Shown here: positions 50,954 to 62,415 of the stretch, piece after piece
Layout: the number at the start of each line of letters is the position of its first letter
Position numbering within the stretch: the first letter of the stretch is position 1
DNA from: the human T2T-CHM13v2.0 reference genome, Homo sapiens
Assembly: GCF_009914755.1 (NCBI RefSeq)
Contig: NC_060932.1
Reading direction: 5' to 3' (one strand)
DNA: 64,000 nt
Translations under genes and position numbers: made by a program
The notes under the pieces: generated by a model
Databases searched by the model: none
What the model saw: the letters and a program-made list of their open reading frames with translations, nothing else
What the model was told of the DNA's origin: nothing

Positions 50954-52866
50954 GTAATTTTTTGTGATAGAGGGAGGATGAATATAAGGTGTGAACTAGT
51001 GTCAAGACAGTTGTTAATCTTTTTCCTCTCTCTCCTGTTTTAGCAATATTTCCAGGTTTCGAATTTTATTGGTTTTACTTTTGACCAGAGAAGATGAAAA
51101 TGTGATATATATGCATAAAATACTACTATATTTTTACATTAACAATTTCTTGTAGACTTTGACAGGCTTATAGTAATTTTTGTTGTTGTTAGGAAGAAAT
51201 GTTTTCCTATGGCAATTTTTATTGCTGTCAGTGTCTCCTTTTAATTAAGTCAGGGATATTTTTAGTAGGAATTTTAATAGTATCATATACTTTTAAGGTG
51301 GTTTTCATGAAGTACTTTACAGATAAAATATTATTTTTATTATTATTAATTTGGATTTTATATTTAGCCCAGTGGAATCACTATATTTTAAAAATATATT
51401 CTCTAAATTTAATCTTGGGTCATACCTATTTAGTTAATTAGGCATATATTTCTATAAGTCACCCTTTCCTGTTGACAAATTATATCTCTGCCACCAAAGG
51501 AAGCTGGTAAGAGATGACCAGAGAAAAATTAAACTGCAAAAATGCCTAAAAAGAAGGGGTCAGAGATGTGGGAGAAAGATCAGAAATGTGGCCTACATCG
51601 TCAGATGCTACAGAGAAGTCAGGGAAAATAAGGAATGAAAACTGTCCAGTAGATTTTGCTAGATGAAAATTGTTGGTATATTTGAGTAGAGCTTCAGTGA
51701 AATGATAGCAGCGTGAAGTCTGATCCTAGTCGGGTGAAGATTAAACAGGAAATAAGAAGCTGGAGCCGGCAAGTGGATATCAGTCTTTCAAGAAGCTTTG
51801 AAAAAAATAAGAGAGGAAAGCAGTAGATGGAAGGAGAGATGGAATCGAAGGTTTGCAGGAGGAAGAGGAGCTTCCCTCCAAATAGAAGAGATAGGAACAT
51901 GTTTGAATAATAAAGGAAGAAAGCTGTAGGGAGAGGTTGAGAGAAAGGTGTATAAATAATGAAGACAGGAGGGCAGAGTAATCAGGGCACAGGAATGGAG
52001 ACTAATCGTCTTCAGGAGGAAGGACAGCTCTGCATTGAGACAGATGAAAGAAAGAAAAGGAGAATGTAGACATGGGTGAGTTTATATATATCCCAAGAAT
52101 TTGAAGAAGTTTTATCAGGTGAATCCTAGTTTTACCAGTCATTTACCTTTAGCCTATTCTTGCATTGGTAATACACGATGGTAAAGGCTAGGTGATTCCT
52201 GAAGTCTGCCACACTTATGCGGTAAATTCCATCACTAACCATGCATACTTAATTACGATTCTGCTAGAAGTTTCATTGCTATATAAATTTGTTTCTCCTA
52301 CAAAGAAAAAGTTCTCACAACTGCGAAAACTTAAGACATCTAGAAGTTTGCATAGACTCTGAAGTTTTAGATTGCAAGTTAATGACAATTATATAATACA
52401 GATCCGTGAAGTTCTTTTCTTTTTATTGCAGATGAAGGAAAGCCTGTTTTATCTATCTCAATAGACTACAAATCTCTTAGGGGCAGGAATCACATCTTGT
52501 TTGGCATTACTTTTATAGTGTTTCATAATTAAATATTTGCTGATTGAGTAGGGTTTTTTTAAATTTTTATTTTATTTTATTTTATTTTTTACTTCTCCCA
52601 TCTTCCTGCTGGAAGTATTGTTTAGTTGTACATGACAACCAATGTTATAAAGGCTGTTTTGCAAAAGAAACCTGAAAGGGTAATGCATAGAATGCATTGA
52701 AATGGTCAACTATTAAAGCTCTTATTTCAGGCCATCACCTGAATTGAAATTATTTTTATACAAATAAAAGTATAAAAATTGACCTTAATCTGATATATTC
52801 TCTATACAAGTGATTAGAAAACTTGAATTATATTTTTGCCTTTTAATTTTTGTTAATCATTCCCAG

Positions 52867-52971
52867 CAACTTATTCCATATGTGGAAGAAGATGGCTCAA
52901 AGAATGATGATCGGGCTGGCCCACCTCGTTTTGCTAGTGAAGAGAGGCGAGAAATTGCTGAAGTAAATAAA
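52867..52971 (+). CDS. MED30: MED30 exon 3 (aa 113-147)
   Basis: Acceptor CCCAG|CAA; QLIPYVEEDGSKNDDRAGPPRFASEERREIAEVNK; donor AAA|GTGAGT; 105 nt. Confidence 0.96.
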
Positions 52972-52999
52972 GTGAGTTGTTAGTTTTTACATTTTATGT

Positions 53000-54960
53000 T
53001 TTAGAGTTATTGATAAAAATTACTAGGGAGTCTGATGTAACTCCAAAACATAATTTGAATTATCAAATTACATGAAGTTGTTTCTGCGGCAAACTTCACC
53101 TATTTAGAATACAGCCAAGAAATGAAAGGTAAGCAGAAATGCTGTCTGAATAGTCAGAAGAGAAATTGCAAAATTCATTCGATAAAGCTCTTAGAAGAGC
53201 TCCTTAGACACTTAGTCACAATCCATTTACTTTTTTCTTTTCTGGGCAGAATTCTACCTTTCTAGCTTATAGCATATTTGGAGCAGCAAATGATAAAAAT
53301 TTACAAATATGAAATGTGAATGTCTCAACACCTGAATAAAAAATTTAGAGAACTATCCCAGCATTATTATCTACTCCAACCCCACAAAAAGCTTGTAACT
53401 GGAATGTATTTATCGCTGAATACTTTCAAAAGTTCAGAAGATAATGTTCAAATAGTTCTCGTGAAACAGAGAGAAATAGGGAAAGGTGTCAGTTCATTCT
53501 GGGGATGGAAATGTGGCCCCAGCTTAGCAAAACCTACCAGAGATAGCACAGTGAATAAAACTTTCAGCATCACTCTTTCACTGACAAATATAGATTGCCC
53601 CTTCCTGAAATTCTTAATTCTAATTAATAGAACTCATCAGTGTATTAATAATCCACCACTGCCAAAGAGAGTCTTCTGAGGTATATGAAGATTTTATAGT
53701 TCAGTTTGTATGTATAATACATGATGTCAGTAAACTACCTTGAAAAAAGATTTTCTCACATGTCTAAAAGACATCTGATAAAATTCAATACTGTTGCTGA
53801 TTCAAAGGACACTTAAAACTATTAGCAAGACAGTGTGTTTTTTTTTTAAATCTTTTTCTTTTAGATAAATACCCAACATTTTTCATAAGGTGAAATATAG
53901 AAATATCCTTATTAAAAACAAGCATGAAATAAGATACTTTATAACACTATGTTTAATATTATTTTAGAAGTTTTAGCCAGTACAAAAAGACAGTGGACAA
54001 ATGACAGTTGGGAAACAGGAGTTACTATGTATGAGCTTGTTAGAATGGTCAAAGAAACTCAACTGATGAACAACTAGTCTATAAGAGTTCCGTAAAAGGG
54101 TCTAAGACAAGACTGATACCATGCTCTTACAATGCTGTAAACCTATTAGATTATAAGATTCTATTGACTCTTGTAACAATTAATATTAAGTAGATAGGAA
54201 TTATGTCAATAATGTGTATGAATAAACTTATTAAGATACATAAAGGAAGCTTTGAATGATTAAAAGAACATATAAAGTTCTTGGATGAGCAATACATATT
54301 ATAAAAATACCAGTCTTGATTTAATACTCACAGTTTTAATACAGTAACAATCCAAATCCTAATAAGAAAGCATGCAAAAACAATAGGATTTTAGTGCAAT
54401 ACCAATCAATAAACAAATCCAAATAAAACCCAAATGGAATTTTTTTCTTGAAAGTATACAAAAATATCAAAGAAAATGTTGATAAATACGACTAATAAAG
54501 CAGAATTCTTAGCTTCAAAAATTAAACTGTAATATGAAGCATATTATAAAAATGGTAATTAGGTGTATAATACTGGCACAAGAATAGGCAGATTAGTAAA
54601 ATAATCTAGCCAGAAAAACAGCCTTCTTATTGTACATGAGAATTTAATATGACAGAAGAGGGCTTGTGTGGAAAATTAGTCTTTAGAAATAGAAACTTTG
54701 GGGGCGAAATTAAGCTAGCTTTTACATTACACCATAAATCAAAATGAATTTCAGAGTTGAAAATAAGACCTGCAAAACAAAATATTGGATAATTTTTTAA
54801 GTATTTTAAAACTCGGAAGAAAGGAAAAAGATGGATAGATTTTATAAAATAAAATTTTGTAACTTTTTTAAAAGGTGAAACACACATTTAGAAAACTATT
54901 TCCAAAAAATCTGATTGTAATACATGACAATCATAATAAAAAACTCACAGTAAAAAATTG
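53000..54960 (+). mobile_element. Very old L1M ORF2 fragments in intron 3
   Basis: Degenerate motifs AAAAGACATCTGATAAAATTCAA, GTTTTAGCCAGTACAA, GTTCTTGGATG and ATACTGGCACAAGAATAGGCAGAT. Confidence 0.6.
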
Positions 54961-55460
54961 GTAGAGGGTGAGGAGGAGAATGGGAACTTTTAGTTTAGAT
55001 CTTGAAAAATAACTGGTGTTTGGTAGTCTAGATGTATGAGACATTCACTTATTAAGACGTGTTATATGTTTCTGTTGATAAATATGTATTACCTCAATAA
55101 ATGTGTTCTGCTTATGTTTCTCTAATGATTTTTTTATAAAATATAATGAAATATGTATATAAATAAAACACCATTATAATAATAACTTTGGTTTCAGAGT
55201 ACCACATGTGTAACTAATGTAAACATAGTTTGTTCTGTACCATAGAGGATTTTATAATATTTTGTAAAAAATAAAGCTGTGTAAATTCAGAAAGATACTT
55301 TTTCTATATTTACATTTCTCTTCAATTTTCATTAAGTTTCTCTTTTTTCCCAATTTGATAACTTAGAAATAACATGTCTTTGACTTTTAAAAGTTCTCTT
55401 TTATAATCAAAATATGGTAATTCTTTGGCAGCATGTAACCAAAAAAAAAAATCTTACTAT

Positions 55461-55609
55461 CTACTGACATAGAGTTTTGTGGATTTTAAGTAAAGGATAT
55501 AATTGAAACAAGGATATGATGTATAAAAGGACTTCTTTCTCCCCATGAGGATTTAGCTCCCTACAGCCTCTCTCTCCTGGACCCACCTACATAATTGTTT
55601 CCCTCAAAC
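55461..55609 (+). repeat. Copy 1 of ~149-bp direct duplication
   Basis: CTACTGACATAGAGTTTTGTGG...GTTTCCCTCAAAC, repeated at 57130-57275. Confidence 0.95.
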
Positions 55610-57129
55610 CTTTCAGTGCACTTATATCATATTTGGGGTTCAGTAAATAATCTGTATCATATAATTATGGCTTCATAAGTATTGTTTATTGCTAAGCCGC
55701 ATAGTATACTAGGGTCATATTTCCTTGATTGAATAATTTTTTGTTTTTCTGAAGTTAATTCTTACCTCTTTAATTAATTTTCTAAAATTTTAGTTAGTTT
55801 TTTATGCATCTATGACAACATCTCAGTACTATTTTCCAATTTTCCACAGTCAGAATCATCAGACAGTTTCATGGTTCTCATCCCACCCTCCCAAGTTTTC
55901 TATGGTCTTATAGGTCTGGATGGAATGCTGGCTAGGCCTGCTTTTCAGCTCTGGGGCTTTCCTTCACCTCTTCTGTTGGTTTCACTATTTCTTCAGCTCA
56001 TGTCTTCCCTTTTCTTGGTTTTCTTCCTTGTTGGTGATGTGCATACATCAGTGACTTCTTTAGAAGGAATGCAGACACTTAAATTTTGAGTCCTTACATA
56101 TTTGTCCAGTTGATAGTTTGGCTGGCTATAAAATTCTATGTTGTAAGTTATGTTTCCTCAGAAATTTGAAGGCATTCCATAATCTAGTATAGGGTTTGGC
56201 AGACTTTTTGTTTAAACTACTAGATAGTCAATCTTTTAACCATTCCTCCAGTTTTCATTCCCAGGGCTCACCTGGTGCCTCTGAGATGGTCTCTGTCTGT
56301 GGTTCTCCATGGTGGATCAGGCGTATTCTCGGTGGCATCCCTCTTGCATGCCCAGGCCTTCTCTGAGTCACTGACCACTCCCTCTTTACTTTTCATCTGA
56401 AAATTTACCTTGCATCTGCTGTTGTGTCCTTTCTGATCACTTTTCTCTGCATCAGTTTATAGCTTTTTTTATTCCTCTCCTGCCACACACTCAATAGATA
56501 CACAATGTTTCTGAAAGTTTGTGTATATTTACGGAATGAAAGTATTTTAAATTTTTTTCCCCATTTTTACTTCTGACATTGAGATCTCTTCCTTTGATTA
56601 AATGACTTGGATCTGTTCTAAGTGCTTTTAACTTCAGGATAAAACATGTTTTAGTTAACATGATATCAAACTGATGATGGGTTATTACAAAGAGAAAAGA
56701 ATCAGTTTAGGTGTTTTAAATGAACCAGGTTTAAAGCTAAACTCTATTTCTGTGGGAATTGCTTTTTAAAAGACAATTTAGAGGTAAAGTACCTTCTTGA
56801 GTATCATGGGGAAGAACTCATTTGATGACCTCATAACTCTCTTTGTATGAATTCTTCTACCTATATTTTGAGAAAGCACTGAAAGATTAGGTGGTGGGCA
56901 CAGGGAAAAGATGGGAGAGGGCTAACATTTGGTTAACTTAAATTTAAATCCCAAATAAGGAAGAAGAAAATAAAATTAACTGCTAAAAGGCAAACAAATT
57001 GTTTTTTTTTTTTTTTTTTTTTTTTTTACCAAAAGGGCTTTTTAATTCATTCCTTAAAAAAATATATAAATGTGAATTAAATGTAGCATATTCTGTTACT
57101 AGAATAATCTTACCTACAGTTAACCCTAG

Positions 57130-57275
57130 CTACTGACATAGAGTTTTGTGGATTTTAAGTAAAGGAAATAATTGATACAAGGATATGATGTATAAAAGGA
57201 CTTTCTCCATATGAGGATTTAGCTCTCTACAGCCTCTCTCTCCTGGACCCACCTACATAATTGTTTCCCTCAAAC
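57130..57275 (+). repeat. Copy 2 of ~149-bp direct duplication
   Basis: Matches 55461-55609 with about 5 substitutions and one 3-bp indel. Confidence 0.95.
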
Positions 57276-57398
57276 AATTTTATTTTATTATTTTCCTCAA
57301 CTTCTTTAAGCTCTGTGTCTCCATTCTAGAATATAAGATTAAAATATATGATTAAAAGTTTTAATTTTTAAAATACTGAGCTCGTGATCCATTGATAC

Positions 57399-57686
57399 TT
57401 TTTTTTTTTTTTTTTTTTTGAGAGACAAAATCTCTCTCTGTCACCCAGGCTGGAGTGCAGTGGCACGATCTCGGCTCACTGGGTTCAAGCAATTCTCCTG
57501 CCTCAGTCTCCTGAGTAGCTGGGGTTACAGGCGTGCACCACCATGCCCGGCTAATTTTTTTGTGTTTTTAGTAGAGATGGGGTTTCACCATGTTGGTCAG
57601 GCTGGTCTCAAACTCCTGACGTCGTGATCACCTGCCTCGGCCTCCCAAAGTGCTGGGATTACGGGCGTGAGCTACTGCACCCAGCC
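57399..57686 (-). mobile_element. AluS with small right-arm deletion
   Basis: Poly(T) followed by an antisense Alu dimer. GCAACCTCCGCCTCCC is missing at ~57480. Confidence 0.93.
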
Positions 57687-58966
57687 GATACATCTTTTTT
57701 TTTTTCCGTAATGGCACACACACCCGAGGGTGTTTCTCGTAGTGAAAACTGGCTATAGATGATAATGTACTGATTTGATTATTTAATCACATAGATGCTA
57801 TTAAAAATAAAGTTCACTGATTTGATTTGACCACTGTTTATAAATAGCTACATTCATAAACTTAAGTTTTTGTCTCTGTCAATTATGTTAATCCACATTC
57901 TTATGTAAATATAGGTTTGCTTTTTTTTTAGTTCATGCATTTACTAGGTGATAGAGTTTTAAAGTTCACGGAATCTTAGCTGGTAACACTAAAACATTGA
58001 AAATACATCTTACCTATTATGGTATGGAGTATAAAATGCATAGTTTTTAATAATGGCCATTATTAAATGTCTTTTTTTTTTATACTGAGGAGTTATTTAA
58101 ACAAAAATAAGTTTTGAAATGATTGGCAATAATTTTTGTTTGCTTGCTTATTTTTTTTCCATTCTTGTAGGTTTTGGGAGAAGCTTTTTGATTTGGCTTT
58201 TGTTATTTTTTCTTCAAACATGAAAATATTTAAATATTTGTGTGCCTGCTCTCTGACAGGCATTGTCCTCAGTACCAGAATTTCTTCCATGAAGCAGCTG
58301 GATGTGTTGTCGGCTATATACTCATTTCACATGAGTGGACAAGTTTCTTCTTGGAGAACATAAGACTCCAGTGGAAACAAAGCAGCACCTGTTTCATGTA
58401 CCCATTTCATGTTTTGATGAATATTTACAGAAACAAAAGTATTGTGCCATATTTTTAATACATTGGCATTTGGTTGTATTAAATAAGTTGCTTTATAGAT
58501 CTGTGTAATTTATAATAAAATTATATTATTTGCATTCAATTAAAAAGTCAGAATTTTATTACAATGAATATTTTCTTTCTTTCTAAATAAGCTACCTAAA
58601 ATAAGTAGATTTATATACCCCTCAGCTGACCCTCAGTCATTTTCAAGATATTATCATATCATTGTGTACTTGAAATTGTGCAGAAGAACATATTGATGGT
58701 GTGTTTACTATTTAGTCGTTATGGTCTGTCTGGTTTCTAACAATACAAAAACCACCAATAACTATCCTGGTGCTATGAAACTTTGAGGCACATGATTTGT
58801 AGTCAGTATTTGATGTAAATCATCATAAGACAATATGGCTGGTTTTAATAGTCAAATTCGTGGTTTATTTAAATACTTTTCATTTTCTCTTAATATATCC
58901 TGGAATCCTTAAGCCAAATACCCATTTAAAGGATGGACACTTGTTTGAGACCATATGCTTTAGGTG

Positions 58967-59194
58967 CAGGGGTGTCCAATCTTTTGGCTTCCCTGGGCCA
59001 CATTGTAAGAAGAAGAATTGTTTTGGGCCACATATAAACTATACTAACATTAATGATAGCTGAGAAGCCAAAATATAAAAAAATCACGAAAAACATCTCA
59101 TAATGTTTTAAGAAAGCTTACAAATTTGTATTGGGCTGCACTCACAGCCGACTGGGGCCACATGTGGCCTGTGGGCCACAGTTGGACAAGCTTG
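58967..59194 (+). mobile_element. MER30 hAT DNA transposon
   Basis: CAGGGGTGTCCAATCTTTTGGCTTCCCTGGGCCACATTG...GTTGGACAAGCTTG termini. Confidence 0.9.
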
Positions 59195-61179
59195 CTTTGG
59201 GGACATCAGAATGAGTTTTATTTTGCTTAACGCTCTTTTCTTGATGGTAAAATGAAATTGAAAAAGATAGTAGGTAGTATTTACAAGGTTGGCATTGAGT
59301 CCATGCATTTAGAAAGTAAACCATTTTTTGTCAAGTGTCACAGCTTTTGTGTGAATATTACATTACATGGTATCAGTTAGCATCAACTTTTTTTAAGTAT
59401 TTAGTCTACTTACACATTCGCCTGTTAATGTACAAAATTGGGCACAGCTGATGGATTTTGAAAATAGCAGCTGTCAACGTCTGTTAAAATCAATCAGTGG
59501 CAAGACTGTGTATATTAAATCCTATATCGTGTCATGAAAATTTATTTACACTTTAGCCTCTAATAAGCATAAGTGTCAGCTTTGCTGTTGATCATTTTCA
59601 TGACATGTTTTGACTCTGGATATTTTATTTGTATGCTAATTTTTTTAATTTAAAACTTTGTGGCATCTTTGAGAAACGCTATCCCAAGAGCCTTATAATA
59701 TATTAATTATTTAAAAATTTTCTATTCCCCAGTGTTGAATATTATCTTGAAAATACCCTACAAATTTTAGTTGTTACTTTTTTAAAAAACAATTACGAGG
59801 CTTAAATAAAAAAGAGTACCAGAATGTATATTTCCAAATGAGGATTCTTGAGAGTAGTCTTATTGGTAGGTTATGCATTTATTTCAGTGGTGAGACCATT
59901 GTGATAGCCAGCTGCAAGCCCTGAGTTGATACTGATTATAAAGTCTGTTTTTAACCACCCAGATGACCAATTGTCATCTTATGTATGGGTATGCAGAAAG
60001 TACAACTGGCAGAGACCTTAGATTTTATAATCCAATTACATAAATGAGAAAACCAAGAAGAAGGAATTTATCTAAGATCAAATACCAAGTTAGAGGCAAA
60101 GTTGGAACTGGGACCGAGATTGCCAGCCTCCCAATATAGCACTTTTATATTCCTCTGTTTTGCTGCTACTCTTGATTGCTGGCAGAAGTGTTGGTTTCTT
60201 GGTCTCTGTGATGAAAAAGACTTTATAGGCTTGGTTATTCTTCATCTTTCCCAGCAATTTGAATCAATTTTGTTAGATATATACAACCACTTAAATAACA
60301 GACTATCACTTACTTATGATAACAGAATATAGAAGATGGGTCATCTGAAAACTTGTGCAAGGGAGACTAACTAAAAATACCAGCAGTTTTTGTTTCCCGA
60401 AGACTGTGTTAAAGTGAGCTTTAGAGTCGAGCCCTGTGTACTGTATAGTCCTGTTTTTCTCTGACTGCATTGTGCTAGTTCTCTTTTCAAATGTGAATTA
60501 AATTCAGTTATGAAAGATTATTAAAGTCTCTGTAAATTGATTTTCTATTTTCTAATAAGAGTTTCTTGGTCTTTCCTTTTAGCCACCTATTTCTTGTTAC
60601 TTCCCTAACTCTGAATAGAAGCAATACAAGCAACTTCATTTTAGTTTGTTTTTTAATGAAATCAAAAGTAAGATTGTTAGGCCTCTTTTTAATAAGCATA
60701 CACCAATTTATCTGGAGGTAGTTTAATATAGTGTCTTAAAATTAATTAAGTATATTATCTCCAAATGTAATGTTTCCAAGGGGTTATTGAATAATAATAA
60801 TTATTGTTACTATAACTAGTAAACACTCTGACCAGAAGTTCTCTATTTCTATCTTGTTTTATCTAAGCAGACATTTACCACATAGGATTTGAAGAAAGAA
60901 TGGTTAAAAAGAAGTCTACAAATCTTAGTCAAGTAGAATCCAAGTGTAGAGATACAGAGACACATGCCGTGCACATTTCAGGCATTCAGCAAATCTTAGT
61001 AGAGAAGATTGCATTGGGTACTCTGCCATTTGTCTTCAGTTTTTAGAATTAGAAGGAGATTGCAATTCATGCTATAGGCAAACAGTGATTTCTGCCGCAC
61101 TTTTGAAAGACTGATTGCATGAGGCATTGTACTTTTATTATATTTTCTATATCGACAGTTTACATTTTGTGCCTAACAG

Positions 61180-61720
61180 TAACATTTGTTGAATGTTTAC
61201 TTATGTGTCAGGCACAATTCTAATGCTTGACATGAATCAGACCATTTAATCTTCATAACAGCTCTTATGAGGTAGTTTCAATTATTATTTCCATTTTTCT
61301 GATGTGGAAACTAAAGTACCGGGAGGTTAAATAATTAGGTCAGTGTTGTAAGTTTCATAGTGAAGGATCTGGCCGGGTGTGATGGCTCATGCCTGTAATC
61401 CCAGCACTTTGGGAGGCCAAGACGGGCAGATCACTTGAAGTCAGGAGACCAGCCTGGCCAACATGGCAAAACCTCCTCTCTACTAAAAATACAAAAAAAC
61501 TAGATGGGTGTGGTGGCTGGAGCCTGTAATTCCAGCTACTCAGGAGGCTGAAGCAGGAGAATCGCTGAAACCCAGGAGGCTGAGATTGCAGTGAGCCAAG
61601 ATTGCGCCACTGCACTGCAGCCTGGGAAAAAAAAAAAAAATTCGTAGTGAAGGATCTGAATGACTTCCAGAGATCTGGCTCTAGAGTATGGGCTCTTGAC
61701 CGTTAGGTTATGCTGCCCCT
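61180..61720 (-). mobile_element. MIR split by an Alu
   Basis: AACATTTGTTGAATGTTTACTTATGTGTCAGGCAC..GATGTGGAAACTAAAG; resumes after 61657. Confidence 0.7.
61371..61640 (+). mobile_element. AluS lacking its 3'-terminal ~20 nt
   Basis: Ends GCAGCCTGGG followed by A14. 17-bp TSD TTC(A/G)TAGTGAAGGATCT at 61354 and 61641. Confidence 0.93.
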
Positions 61721-62041
61721 TAGAAAACTTATATGCTTATGTTTTATAACAAATAAATGTTTAGCTGATTTATTGATTTGTTTATGGTGGAAGTGGAAGA
61801 GTAAGCAGGGCCTGGGGCCGGGGCTGGGGCCATAGACCTCTGCAGGCTGGATTTTTAGAATTCAGGATCCCTGTCAGCAAATATTTAAGGCCAGAAGAGG
61901 GTTGAGACCATCTGCCTTATAGGGTTATTTAGCTTAATTTCTGTCTGTATCATTATAATCCTAACTTATGATATTTTAATCTTCTAACTTCATGGTCTAT
62001 ATTTCCTGAAACATTTTTGATAAATTCTTTTGTTTCTACAG

Positions 62042-62137
62042 AAACTCAAACAGAAGAATCAACAGCTGAAACAAATTATGGATCAATTACGAAATCTCAT
62101 CTGGGATATAAATGCCATGTTGGCAATGAGGAACTAA
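62042..62137 (+). CDS. MED30: MED30 exon 4 coding part (aa 148-178 plus stop)
   Basis: Acceptor TTTGTTTCTACAG|AAA; KLKQKNQQLKQIMDQLRNLIWDINAMLAMRN*. The spliced total is 178 aa. Confidence 0.97.
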   Translation, partial: KLKQKNQQLKQIMDQLRNLIWDINAMLAMRN

Positions 62138-62280
62138 GCTGATATTTAAATTTCCTGCTTTACACATGTTATACCATTGTTTTTTCCCTCAAGTATTTTT
62201 TCCCTGTGAAGAAGATTATTTATCTGCTTTTATTTTAGTCACTAAAACTAAAGTTTTTATTTTTACATTGTGATTTTTAC

Positions 62281-62415
62281 ATTAAAATATTAACTTTTTT
62301 TAATGCTATTTTATGAAAGATTATTGTAATAAACTTTGATGGGGTTTGTATTTTGGTTAATCTTCATGAATTGAATAATTGTTTTTTTAAAGCAAAATAA
62401 AGTTTTTTAAATAAA
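62281..62415 (+). terminator. MED30: MED30 polyadenylation signal cluster
   Basis: ATTAAA at 62281 and AATAAA at 62328, 62396 and 62410 in an AU-rich 3' UTR. GT-rich sequence follows 62333. Confidence 0.7.

Noticed and set aside
55461-55609. Duplicated intronic unit as a possible snoRNA pair
   Set aside because: No proper C (RUGAUGA) and D (CUGA) box arrangement with terminal stem, and no evident H/ACA architecture.
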